From an uncultured Bacteroidota bacterium (GTDB lineage Bacteria; Bacteroidota; Bacteroidia; 2-12-FULL-35-15), in assembly GCA_903919535.1 (NCBI GenBank), contig CAIXIP010000220.1:1-62970 (forward strand): a stretch of 62,970 nt of DNA, in the 5' to 3' direction. Every line of letters starts with the position of its first letter. Position 1 is the stretch's first letter. Position numbers and translations under genes: made by a program. Positions 29,906 to 38,798 of the stretch are shown here, in pieces. A model generated the notes under the pieces. That model saw nothing but the letters and a program-made list of their open reading frames with translations. It did not search any database and was not told the DNA's origin.

Positions 29906-31109
29906 CAATGATGGGATATTAATGACAGATTCTTGGGAAAATAAAGTTGTTGAAAATGTCCTTAAAGTGAAAGGCAGAATAGGGTGGAAAGGCTACAAAA
30001 CATCTGACTTACGTGAAAGTGGTCCAATCGTTTTGTCAGGCACAGAGATAAAATCTAAGTACCATATTGATTTAGAAGGAGTCAAACACCTTACTCAAGA
30101 AAAATATGATGAGTCCCCAGAAATAATGCTAAAAGACAAAGACATACTTGTAGCAACAAGAGGTAGCTTGGGGGAAATTGCTATTTATAGAAAGGAGTAT
30201 GGACCAGCAACAATAAACCCAAGCCTAGTAATTTTGAGTGAATTTACCGGTGTACCGGAATTTTTATACTACTATCTTGTGTCTCAACCGGGACAAGAAA
30301 ATTTGTTATCAATGGCAAGTGGAAGTTCAGTGCCAGCTATATATCAAGCTGACATTAGAAAACTTGAAATCCCTTTTCCAAAGCTCTCAGAACAAAAAGC
30401 AATAGCAGATATCCTAAGCAGTCTTGATGATAAAATTCATCTTCTTCATCAGAATAGCAAGACCTTAGAACTAATGGCAGAGGCCCTTTTTAGGCAGTGG
30501 TTTATTGTTGAATCAAAAGAAGAGTGGACTTCATGTAAGCTTAGTTCCGCAATAAAAATTGTTGGAGGTGGAACCCCAAAGACTTCTCTTTCTGAATACT
30601 GGGATGGATGTATACCGTGGTTATCTGGTGGTGGTATTTCAGACAATCACAAAGGATTCGTCTTTACTACACAAAAAACAATATCGCAGTTGGGGCTAGA
30701 TAATAGTTCTGCGAGACTGCTTCCAGAATTTGCTACTGTGATCTCTGCAAGAGGAACAGTAGGTAAATATTGCTTGTTGGGCTCCCCTATGACTTTTAGC
30801 CAGTCTAACTACGGAATATTACCTGTTTTGGATGAAACATATTTTTTCACTTACTTGTTATTAGCACATTCTGTTGAAGAGTTATTGTCCTCAGCTTATG
30901 GAAGTGTATTTGATACAATCACAACGGCAACTTTTGATGGAGTAAATATTAACTTGCCAAGTTTGAATGAGATAAAGGAGTTTGATGAAAGTGTTAAACC
31001 TCTATTTCACAAGCTTCGCAACAACGCTATTCAAATTCAGACGTTGTCAAAAACTAGAGACTCCATTATGCCAAAGTTAATGAGTGGACAAGTAAAAGTA
31101 ACGCAATAA
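29898..31109 (+). CDS. hsdS: Type I R-M specificity subunit
   Basis: 403 aa. Two variable target-recognition domains separated by conserved helices (LSEQKAIADILSSLDDKIHLLHQNSKTLELMAEALFRQWF and IKEFDESVKPLFHKLRNNAIQIQTLSKTRDSIMPKLMSGQ). Overlaps hsdM by 8 nt. Confidence 0.9.
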   Translation: MLSNDGILMTDSWENKVVENVLKVKGRIGWKGYKTSDLRESGPIVLSGTEIKSKYHIDLEGVKHLTQEKYDESPEIMLKDKDILVATRGSLGEIAIYRKEYGPATINPSLVILSEFTGVPEFLYYYLVSQPGQENLLSMASGSSVPAIYQADIRKLEIPFPKLSEQKAIADILSSLDDKIHLLHQNSKTLELMAEALFRQWFIVESKEEWTSCKLSSAIKIVGGGTPKTSLSEYWDGCIPWLSGGGISDNHKGFVFTTQKTISQLGLDNSSARLLPEFATVISARGTVGKYCLLGSPMTFSQSNYGILPVLDETYFFTYLLLAHSVEELLSSAYGSVFDTITTATFDGVNINLPSLNEIKEFDESVKPLFHKLRNNAIQIQTLSKTRDSIMPKLMSGQVKVTQ

Positions 31110-31110
31110 T

Positions 31111-34100
31111 ATGACACGCATATTTGAAGATGATATAGAACTATGGATGCTTGATATACTCAAGGAGAAAGGTTTTACCTTTCTTTCTCCTGAATCGCTT
31201 GATCCTGATAAATCAACAGCTCTGCGTGTTTCCTACCACGAAGTAGTGATAGAATCGCATGTGCTTGCAGCTCTTCAAAGAATAAACCCAAGCATATCCG
31301 GTGCTGTTTTACAACAAGCTGTAAAAGAAATATTGCGTGTTCCTGGTCATGGTGATCTGGTTTCTGCCAACCAACACTTTCACATTTTGCTCACAGAAGG
31401 TATTGATGTAACCTTCATGGATAAAGGCGAAGAACGCACCATAAAAGCCAAGCTTATTGATGAGGTGAACGGGTCCAATAATAATTGGTGTGTTACTCAT
31501 CAGCTTACAATAATAGAAAATGGTCAGCAGAAAAGACCGGATGTTATCATCTACCTCAACGGTTTACCTGTTATAGTAGTGGAACTTAAAAATCCTACAG
31601 ATGAAGCTGCTACTGTAGAAAAAGCATATCAGCAATTACAGACTTATCACAAGACCATACCAACACTTTTTGTTTACAACTGTTTTGAGATCATTTCAGA
31701 TGGACTTGAAGCAAAGGTAGGAACCATCACCAGTGATATATCACGCTTCATGAGTTGGAAAACAGCTGATGGAAAAACAACAGCATCAGCACGCTTAAGC
31801 GAACTGTCAGTAATGATGGAAGGTTTGATGAACGCTGAGGTGTTGACTGACATGATACAGAACTTCATGGTGTATGAAAAGTTCAGTACCGAAGATCCAA
31901 AAACAAAAACGGTAAAAGTTGGCGTTGTAAAAAAGATGGCTGCTTATCATCAGTACTACGCTGTAAAGAAAGCTGTGATCTCTACCATAAAAGCAAGTGC
32001 TGAAGGTGGTAACAAAAAAGGCGGAGTTGTTTGGCATACGCAAGGATCAGGAAAGTCTTTATCTATGGTGTTTTACACAGGTCTCTTGGTAAAGGCATTA
32101 AACAACCCAACCATTATAGTAATCACAGATCGTAACGATTTGGATGATCAGTTGTTCGACACATTTGGTAATTGTTCTTTACTCTTAAGACAAGTGCCAG
32201 TGCAGATAGAAAGCAGAAGCAAGTTAATTGAAGAGTTGAAGAACAGACAGTCGGGTGGTGTATTCTTCGCTACAATACAAAAGTTTTTACCCGAAGATGG
32301 CATCAGTCAGTTCGAACAATTATCTGACAGAAGAAATATTGTGGTGATAGCCGATGAAGCACACCGCACACAATACGGATTTGAAGCAAAGATTAAATAT
32401 GTGAAGGATGCTGCCGGTAACGAAATTGGTACAGATGTGAGTTACGGATTTGCCAAGCACATGCACGATGCTTTACCTAACGCTACATTCATAGGCTTTA
32501 CAGGAACACCAGTAGAAAGTACAGACAGAAATACACAAGCTGTGTTTGGTGAATATGTGGATGTGTACGATATAGAAAGAGCAGTAAGAGATGGTGCAAC
32601 AGTACCTATATACTACGACAACAGGTTTGTGAAGTTAAAACTAGATTCGTTGGTGCTGGATGATATGGAAGCAGAAATATCAACAGCAGCAGAAAATATT
32701 CCTGAGTACATGGTGAAGAATGCTATGGAAAGGGCAATCAGGCAGGAAGCGATTGTTGGTCACCCAGACCGCTTGAAGATAATAGCGAAAGATATAGTTA
32801 CACACTTTGAAGACCGTGCAAAAACATTCAGCGGAAAAGCATTGGTAGTAAGCATGACAAGAAAGATAGCTGTTTCGCTGTACAATCAGATTGTTGCTAT
32901 CAGACCTGAATGGCATGATGATTCTGATGATGCAGGATGTATCAAGGTGATCATGACAGGCAGTTCTTCTGATGATGCATTCTTACAACCACACATCAGA
33001 AACAAAGAAAAGCGTACACTTATTTCCAACAGATTAAAGGATGAGAAAGATCCGTTGAAGATGGTTATCGTAATAGACATGTGGCTTACAGGATTTGATG
33101 CACCAGTGTTACACACCATGTATCTTGATAAAGACATGAGTGGTCATAACCTGATGCAGGCTATAGCAAGGGTAAACAGGGTATTTAAGGATAAGCCAGG
33201 AGGATTGGTTGTAGATTATGTTCCGGTTACTGGCAACTTAAAAGCAGCACTAAAAACATACACAGAGAATAATGGTCAAGGTGCTATAACGCTGGATATA
33301 GCTGAAGCGGTTAATGTGATGCTGACAAAGATGGAAGTGGTTCAGCAGATGTACCACGGATTTTCTTATGAAGAATATTTTACAGCTGCTACACATAGGA
33401 GGCTTAATATCATTCTGGAAGCAGAAGATCATATACTTGCGTTGGATAATGGTAAAGAACGCTACTTGCGTGAAGTAACATCGTTGAGTAAAGCGTATGC
33501 TTTATCCAAATCGGAACAAGCAGCAAAAGATATTACTCACGAGGTTGCTTTCTTTCAAGCTGTCAGAGCCCGACTTGCAAAGTTTGATATGCAGGTCACA
33601 GGTCAACAGAAAAAGGATTTTGAAAATACGATCAAAGCAATGGTTGAAAGTGCTGTTGCTTCTGATGGTATAGTAAACTTGCTGGATCAGGCAGGAATGG
33701 ATAAGCCGGAAATATCCATCTTTGGTGAAGACTTTATGAATGACATCCGTAACATGAAGCAGAAAAATGTTGCGATAGAGTTGTTGAAGAAACTACTTGC
33801 TGATCAGATCAAGATCAGGTTCAACAAGAACATGGTTGTCAACCGGAGCTTTACAGAAAGGCTGCAAGATGCGATAAACAAGTATAACCGGAAGAGTATA
33901 ACAGCTCTGGAGATGATGGAACTGTTGTTGGAAATCACGCATGAAGTCAACAAGGAAACAGCTCGCGGTGCCGACTTAGGTTTGACACCAACCGAAAAAG
34001 CTTTTTACGATGCCTTAAGCTGTAATCGTTCTGCTGTAGAAATGATGGGTGATGCAAAGCTTTTAGAGATCGCTAAGGAATTAGTAAAAAGAGTAAAGTC

Positions 34101-34263
34101 CTCCACAACGATTGACTGGACTGTTCGGCAATCCGCTAAGGACAAGGTAAAGCTGGAGGTTAAGCGTGTACTAAGATTTTATAAATATCCACCGGATGAT
34201 GAACCTCGTGCAACCGATACTGTTTTAGAACAAGCGGAGATGCACGCTGAGGAGCTAGTGTAG
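31111..34263 (+). CDS. hsdR: Type I R-M restriction endonuclease/translocase subunit
   Basis: 1050 aa. PD-(D/E)xK-like RPDVIIYLNGLPVIVVELK; helicase motif I HTQGSGKSLSM, motif II ADEAHRTQ, motif VI QAIARVNR. Starts 1 nt after the hsdS stop. Confidence 0.95.
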   Translation: MTRIFEDDIELWMLDILKEKGFTFLSPESLDPDKSTALRVSYHEVVIESHVLAALQRINPSISGAVLQQAVKEILRVPGHGDLVSANQHFHILLTEGIDVTFMDKGEERTIKAKLIDEVNGSNNNWCVTHQLTIIENGQQKRPDVIIYLNGLPVIVVELKNPTDEAATVEKAYQQLQTYHKTIPTLFVYNCFEIISDGLEAKVGTITSDISRFMSWKTADGKTTASARLSELSVMMEGLMNAEVLTDMIQNFMVYEKFSTEDPKTKTVKVGVVKKMAAYHQYYAVKKAVISTIKASAEGGNKKGGVVWHTQGSGKSLSMVFYTGLLVKALNNPTIIVITDRNDLDDQLFDTFGNCSLLLRQVPVQIESRSKLIEELKNRQSGGVFFATIQKFLPEDGISQFEQLSDRRNIVVIADEAHRTQYGFEAKIKYVKDAAGNEIGTDVSYGFAKHMHDALPNATFIGFTGTPVESTDRNTQAVFGEYVDVYDIERAVRDGATVPIYYDNRFVKLKLDSLVLDDMEAEISTAAENIPEYMVKNAMERAIRQEAIVGHPDRLKIIAKDIVTHFEDRAKTFSGKALVVSMTRKIAVSLYNQIVAIRPEWHDDSDDAGCIKVIMTGSSSDDAFLQPHIRNKEKRTLISNRLKDEKDPLKMVIVIDMWLTGFDAPVLHTMYLDKDMSGHNLMQAIARVNRVFKDKPGGLVVDYVPVTGNLKAALKTYTENNGQGAITLDIAEAVNVMLTKMEVVQQMYHGFSYEEYFTAATHRRLNIILEAEDHILALDNGKERYLREVTSLSKAYALSKSEQAAKDITHEVAFFQAVRARLAKFDMQVTGQQKKDFENTIKAMVESAVASDGIVNLLDQAGMDKPEISIFGEDFMNDIRNMKQKNVAIELLKKLLADQIKIRFNKNMVVNRSFTERLQDAINKYNRKSITALEMMELLLEITHEVNKETARGADLGLTPTEKAFYDALSCNRSAVEMMGDAKLLEIAKELVKRVKSSTTIDWTVRQSAKDKVKLEVKRVLRFYKYPPDDEPRATDTVLEQAEMHAEELV

Positions 34264-34407
34264 GCATTCCACAAAAAATATTTTGCGATAAGCGATACTT
34301 TTCATACATTTGTCTTATCATTTCCAGTCATCACCAATGACGAACTTCCTGAAGACAATCTAGGCTACTCACAGGGCTTTATTACTAAAGGACTTCAAAA
34401 CAGACCG

Positions 34408-34427
34408 GCGCATATGCGCATTTTTTT
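34408..34427 (+). terminator. Weak terminator candidate after hsdR
   Basis: Palindrome GCGCATATGCGC (34408-34419) followed by A and a T7 run. The stem is short, so this is tentative. Confidence 0.3.
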
Positions 34428-34532
34428 CTTTGTTGAGGTTTACTCAGCACTGCATAACTCTAGGGTTTATTAACGCTGTGCCCTAGCGTGTGTGTTAGAA
34501 CTTCAGTGTTTGTATATTAAATCTTTAACGAC

Positions 34533-36689
34533 ATGAAAAAGGCTGAATGGCACTTGGATATTGAGGAAATCCGGAAAATGAAAACAATAGAACCTCACAG
34601 TAAGTTATATGTTCAACTGAGCAAGGATAATACTCTTATTAAGGACCATGATTTACTAAGCAAAGACTCTATTCTTACAGGAGACAAGCGCACCTATATA
34701 ATACAAGCCGGTAAAAAGCTTGGAGATGTTTTCAACTATCTCCCACATGGTATAATTGACAAAACCGAAACAGGTATAGGTGGAACAACCTTGGAGTTGG
34801 ATGCTGAAAGAAATTCGATAGTTGTTCAACCGTATAATTATACAGCTTGGAGTAAGACTTTGCACAGCTCGTTCAGCAATAACTATAAACTCTTTTTTTA
34901 TGGTCGGTACACTTTTAAAAACAAAACTGTTGCTAAAACAAAGAAAATAAGTACCATCAACATTGTGCTAACGCAAGACTCAAGCATAAATGCTAAACTC
35001 CTAGAGTATATTAAAGATTGTAACACAAATCATCAACCTGCAAAAATAACCTGCGTAGCGGATCAGTTACAAGCGTTAAAGGATTGCTTAAATAATATAG
35101 GAGATCGTTTTTTTGACAGCTTTCACCTAGTGCTTGATGAGATCGATGCCTTGCAAGAACAAAGCACCTTCAGAGAAGTTATGGAGGATTGTTATAAAAT
35201 ATACAAGTGTCATCCTGAGAACAAGAGAACTGTCATTTCCGCCACACTCATGAATTTCCATGATAAAGTAATGAAGGTTGAGCCCTATTCTAAAATAGCT
35301 TATGATGTTCCGCAGCCAAAAAATCTTTATCTGATAACAACAACGCATGTTGAGGAGGAATTAATTCGACAGCTTACGACTCTTTCAAGCAACACAAAAG
35401 CTAAAATTGTAGTGGCTTGCAACCATCTTGGATATTGCATGAATGTTATTACAGCTTTATCAAAAGAGCCATCCACAATGAGTAAAGTCTTCAAAATACT
35501 TTGTAGTGAAGCAAATAAGCATAAGGTAAAGGGGTATTTTGACTATATGGCAAGTAATGGGATATTGCCTGGTGATATCAACTTCATCACAGCCGCATAT
35601 TTCAATGGTTTTGACATAAACGAAAAGTACCACAGCATAATTGTGGCAGAAAGCGCGAAACCTGTGTTACGATTGTCTCCTTCTGTTATATATCAGATAA
35701 GTGGCAGAGGAAGACAAGGGCTGTTGACAAATAGGCTTATACTTAAAATGGTTACAGATAAGAAATATACTGCTTATACTCTTAAAGACTTAGTTGGTTT
35801 GGCAGACGATCGTAAAGCAATAATAGGGTTGATTGATAGGCTTAAGAAATCAACAAACAAACATTCTGTCAAAGCTGCGGAAGCAATAAAAAACCTTTAC
35901 ATAACCGGAACTCAAGAGTATCCATCCGTTTGTTCTGAAGACGAAGGTAACATTGTAGTCTCCTATCTTAAAATTGATAGCAGATTAGAGCAACAAAAAA
36001 CTCATGAACAATATCAAAAGTTTCCGCTTTTAAAACAAGCCTTAGATAAAAGATTTCTTGTTAATCCAATGGCTAGACTTCATCAAAAGGATGATGCTAA
36101 GAAAACAGAAAAGCCTGACTATGTGTTACTCGGGACAGCCTTGTTAACAAAACTTGAGAAGATTAAGCGAACAGAAGATTTTGCAGCTTCAATTAAGGCG
36201 ATAAAAAAACATCTGCCGCATCCAATTTATCCATTCCAGAAAATGATTATAGATGTATACTTGCAGGCATGCATTGATGTATCAATCAATTTGGATAAAC
36301 TTGTTCTGCATTTAAAGACTTTACTTGGCGATAGATATCCCTTTCAGAATCTTAAGCTGGTTAAGTTTTATCTAGACTTTTTCAATGTTTTAGCCAAAAA
36401 AGCTACGATACTAGAAGAGTTTCACAATTACTTTACGATGGAATCACAATGTACAGCTGAAAAATTAAAAGAGAAGTGTATAAAGTTTGCTGAGTTAATC
36501 CAAGATTTGACGGAATCAAGCAGTCTTCAAGTCAGGGATATCGCAAATGAAACGCATAAACGACCTGCCAATATAAGAGCGTTACTAACGATTAATGAGG
36601 TAAAAACTAATAAAACACGCAATTTAAAGATTGTTGGTTACGACCCATTTGGTATAAAAACAGCTACTCCTATAGGTGCATCAGTCTGA
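34533..36689 (+). CDS. SF2-helicase-like protein with a lysine-less motif I; helical C-terminal half of unknown function
   Basis: 718 aa. Ordered motifs: ETGIGGTT (aa 79-86, nt 34767-34790), VLDEID (aa 200-205), SAT (aa 236-238), YQISGRGRQG (aa 387-396). No canonical GK(T/S) anywhere in the protein. Confidence 0.6.
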   Translation: MKKAEWHLDIEEIRKMKTIEPHSKLYVQLSKDNTLIKDHDLLSKDSILTGDKRTYIIQAGKKLGDVFNYLPHGIIDKTETGIGGTTLELDAERNSIVVQPYNYTAWSKTLHSSFSNNYKLFFYGRYTFKNKTVAKTKKISTINIVLTQDSSINAKLLEYIKDCNTNHQPAKITCVADQLQALKDCLNNIGDRFFDSFHLVLDEIDALQEQSTFREVMEDCYKIYKCHPENKRTVISATLMNFHDKVMKVEPYSKIAYDVPQPKNLYLITTTHVEEELIRQLTTLSSNTKAKIVVACNHLGYCMNVITALSKEPSTMSKVFKILCSEANKHKVKGYFDYMASNGILPGDINFITAAYFNGFDINEKYHSIIVAESAKPVLRLSPSVIYQISGRGRQGLLTNRLILKMVTDKKYTAYTLKDLVGLADDRKAIIGLIDRLKKSTNKHSVKAAEAIKNLYITGTQEYPSVCSEDEGNIVVSYLKIDSRLEQQKTHEQYQKFPLLKQALDKRFLVNPMARLHQKDDAKKTEKPDYVLLGTALLTKLEKIKRTEDFAASIKAIKKHLPHPIYPFQKMIIDVYLQACIDVSINLDKLVLHLKTLLGDRYPFQNLKLVKFYLDFFNVLAKKATILEEFHNYFTMESQCTAEKLKEKCIKFAELIQDLTESSSLQVRDIANETHKRPANIRALLTINEVKTNKTRNLKIVGYDPFGIKTATPIGASV

Positions 36690-36715
36690 TAGCCAACCTT
36701 CTGCAAAACAAAAAG

Positions 36716-36798
36716 GTGACAAGTGAGAATATATGTTTTATATAGTATGTGAAGAAGCTCACTTGTCACAAAAAAGAACTCAGGTTACCCCGAGTTCT
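36716..36798. terminator. Two hairpins between convergent genes
   Basis: 12-bp perfect stem GTGACAAGTGAG (36716-36727) / CTCACTTGTCAC (36758-36769). A second hairpin, AGAACTCAGG-TTAC-CCCGAGTTCT (about 36775-36798), is followed by a T-run on the minus strand. Confidence 0.5.
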
Positions 36799-36803
36799 TA
36801 TGC

Positions 36804-37805
36804 TTAGCCTAAATACCAAAACTCTTTCTTCTTCTGTTTGTGACCAATGATCCCACTCGAAAAGTCATGCGCATTAACCGTTCTCTCCAGAAATGAATCA
36901 ACATAGGAAGACTTGTTCGCTCCGGTAAGCAAATTGTAAAATTGCCACATAGAGATGCTTCCTCCAGCTTCATTACCAAAATTCGAATCGTGGTAATAGC
37001 CATCCACTACTGCACCTAACTGTTGATCACCAAGAAGTATTGCTGGAATATCCTTCTTAGCCGTTTCAGGTAAATGCTTGAACATTCTGGATCTACCAAC
37101 TGTCTGAGCAAATTCTGTTTCGGTCAATTCGATGTTAGTCATTTCTCGCATTGCATTAAGGTGCTTGCCGGCTTTGTACTGATTAAGCAGGTTATCTACC
37201 GCATGCTTGAGTTGTCCGGTTGATCGTATTCCTACTTCTTCCTTAAGCCCATCGCTCCATATACATAGGTTGCAACAGACCTTGTTCTGAAACCCAACAA
37301 ACAACTGAAAGTGTTGATCTCCATGTGGACGCTTGCTATAAAGGTTATCAAGGTTATAAGATTTGACACCACCGATAGTTAGCGATAACAAGTTGCCATC
37401 GATCTCATCGTAAATTGAAGGGATTTCGATAACGAACATCATTCTTTCGTAATACAAAGTCTGTTCCCACGGTGCTAAATCTTTGGCTGCTTTGTGCTTT
37501 GCTTCCGGCACTCTGCCTTTGATTGCGTGACTCACTCGAATGTTCGGTTTCAGTATTTTCTCGTTACTAAAGTTCTTATGAACCTGTTCCCATGTTGCTT
37601 CAATAAACTCTGAATGACTAATCAGTGGCTCGTTTGATGTTGTCCACACAGGGATGATGTGTTGCTCTTGCATTTCGTGAATAGGCATCTGTATTGTGTT
37701 TGCTTCGATAAATGCTTGTGAGCTTGAGGATATACCTACCCCATTAGGGGACAATGCTGGAAGCTGCTCCAGCACTGTCTTGTTGTTGTTAATGATGAAC
37801 TCCAT
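36804..37805 (-). CDS. Unknown protein co-transcribed with the Sak4-like ATPase (possibly DUF3871-like)
   Basis: 333 aa from MEFIINNNK, overlapping the upstream gene's stop by 17 nt. No catalytic motif recognised. The DUF3871 resemblance is from memory only. Confidence 0.5.
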   Translation of the reverse strand: MEFIINNNKTVLEQLPALSPNGVGISSSSQAFIEANTIQMPIHEMQEQHIIPVWTTSNEPLISHSEFIEATWEQVHKNFSNEKILKPNIRVSHAIKGRVPEAKHKAAKDLAPWEQTLYYERMMFVIEIPSIYDEIDGNLLSLTIGGVKSYNLDNLYSKRPHGDQHFQLFVGFQNKVCCNLCIWSDGLKEEVGIRSTGQLKHAVDNLLNQYKAGKHLNAMREMTNIELTETEFAQTVGRSRMFKHLPETAKKDIPAILLGDQQLGAVVDGYYHDSNFGNEAGGSISMWQFYNLLTGANKSSYVDSFLERTVNAHDFSSGIIGHKQKKKEFWYLG

Positions 37806-38685
37806 TTTTACTAAAGGTTTCTGGTTTAACACTGATTTGGTTTCTTCTGGAGACAAAGGATTCTCGATGACTCGCTTGGAACTTAGGGTTACTGTTGAAC
37901 AACTCTATCAAGTCGTCAATGGATTTGCAGGCATTGATCCTTTCTGAAAAGTCTTCTTGCGGTTGCTCATCTTTCTCCTGAAGTACAACAGGCTTTATGC
38001 TTATATCAGCATTGTTGCACCATTCAGCGATACGCTTCCCTTCCTCGATAGATAAGTTCAGTTCCGGCTTATTTCTGAATAGTCCTGTACGATCTTTGCT
38101 TACAGATGCTTGGTGTTTCTGATTAAGTTCAAACACAACTGTAAATTCATAATCGCTATCTTCTCTTTGCACCGCCTTTAAGCCCACTTTTTCCGGCACG
38201 GTCTTTCCGTTTTTCTCAGCCATGATGTAATCTGTTTTACTTCTCATTGTACCGATAATGTGCATATCAGTTTGCAGAATCTTTTGTACAAATGCGTTGT
38301 GCCTCGGTGTGACCTTTGCCCAAGCTGTAAAGCTATTACCAGGAATGTTGCTGTGAATATCAAGTATGCCACCTGATCCAGACCATTCAGCAGAAAGGCT
38401 GTCAATGATCAAACACTCAAAGCCATTCTTTGCAGCAAGTTCTATTGCTTCAGAATACACTTCAGGAGTATAAGGGGAAGTAAGGGCTAATACAGAGTAC
38501 CCACCAAGTTCAGAGTATAAATGCGCTGAACCATTTTCTGTATCTAACACCGCAACTTTACTCCAGTCGTTCGTAAGACCGTAAGCCATAAGTAATGCTG
38601 AATAAGTTTTTCCGGAACCTGATGGACCTTGGATAGCCATCTTAATCTTGCAGCGATTCCGTGCTGCTTTGCTGAACTGTTTCAT
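37789..38685 (-). CDS. RecA-fold ATPase of the phage Sak4 / AAA_24 type
   Basis: 298 aa from MKQFSKAARN. Walker A KMAIQGPSGSGKTYSAL, VAVLDTENG, Walker B CLIIDSLS, then MHIIGTMRSK and EFTVVFEL, in the order typical of AAA_24. Confidence 0.75.
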   Translation of the reverse strand: MKQFSKAARNRCKIKMAIQGPSGSGKTYSALLMAYGLTNDWSKVAVLDTENGSAHLYSELGGYSVLALTSPYTPEVYSEAIELAAKNGFECLIIDSLSAEWSGSGGILDIHSNIPGNSFTAWAKVTPRHNAFVQKILQTDMHIIGTMRSKTDYIMAEKNGKTVPEKVGLKAVQREDSDYEFTVVFELNQKHQASVSKDRTGLFRNKPELNLSIEEGKRIAEWCNNADISIKPVVLQEKDEQPQEDFSERINACKSIDDLIELFNSNPKFQASHRESFVSRRNQISVKPETFSKNGVHH

Positions 38686-38723
38686 AGTTTTAAATTTTAA
38701 AGGTTTAAGATTATTAGTCTTTA

Positions 38724-38734
38724 AGAGTAGGCTC
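38724..38734 (-). promoter_or_regulatory. Shared promoter-spacer motif GAGCCTACTCT (copy 1, upstream of the Sak4-like gene)
   Basis: On the minus strand it reads gTTTGattaatGAGCCTACTCTtaaagacTAAtaatc, 38 nt before the ATG at 38685. The same 11-mer occurs upstream of radC. Confidence 0.45.
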
Positions 38735-38752
38735 ATTAATCAAACACCCAGC

Positions 38753-38775
38753 AAAAAGGCACAGATAGTGCCTTT
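38753..38775 (-). terminator. Rho-independent terminator after the RadC-like gene
   Basis: Minus strand reads AAAGGCAC-TATCT-GTGCCTTT followed by TTGCTGG. The hairpin starts 23 nt downstream of the radC stop. Confidence 0.6.
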
Positions 38776-38798
38776 CAGTAATCATAAACTTGGTAGGT

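Noticed and set aside
29898-31109. Possible phase-variable hsdS (shufflon)
   Set aside because: There is only one hsdS gene. No silent hsdS fragment, nearby invertase or long inverted repeat within or next to the gene was found.
29905-31111. Possible anticodon nuclease (PrrC/RloC-type) or other gene inserted within the hsd operon
   Set aside because: hsdM/hsdS overlap and hsdS/hsdR abut, leaving no room. No extra ORF is present between the subunits.
28633-33432. Many 60-90-aa antisense ORFs inside hsdM, hsdS and hsdR (for example 28633-28896, 28938-29180, 31807-32043, 32886-33137)
   Set aside because: All are nested opposite strongly supported R-M genes. The higher GC of the island simply yields longer random antisense frames.
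34264-34532. The 270-nt hsdR-to-SF2-like intergenic region, considered as a possible small-gene or ncRNA locus
   Set aside because: It holds only tiny ORFs (8-19 codons) and short palindromes (GCGCATATGCGC; CTAGGG...CCCTAG). These are adequately explained as a weak terminator plus a promoter region, and there is no distinctive structure.
38686-38736. Longer start (MSLLLKTNNLKPLKFKT...) for the Sak4-like ATPase; similarly the longer starts at 37856, 40829 and 27918 for other island genes
   Set aside because: The extension at 38736 is encoded by the shared promoter motif GAGCCTACTCT. In each case an internal Met gives a typical N-terminus or removes an implausible overlap or an inverted-repeat-encoded peptide.
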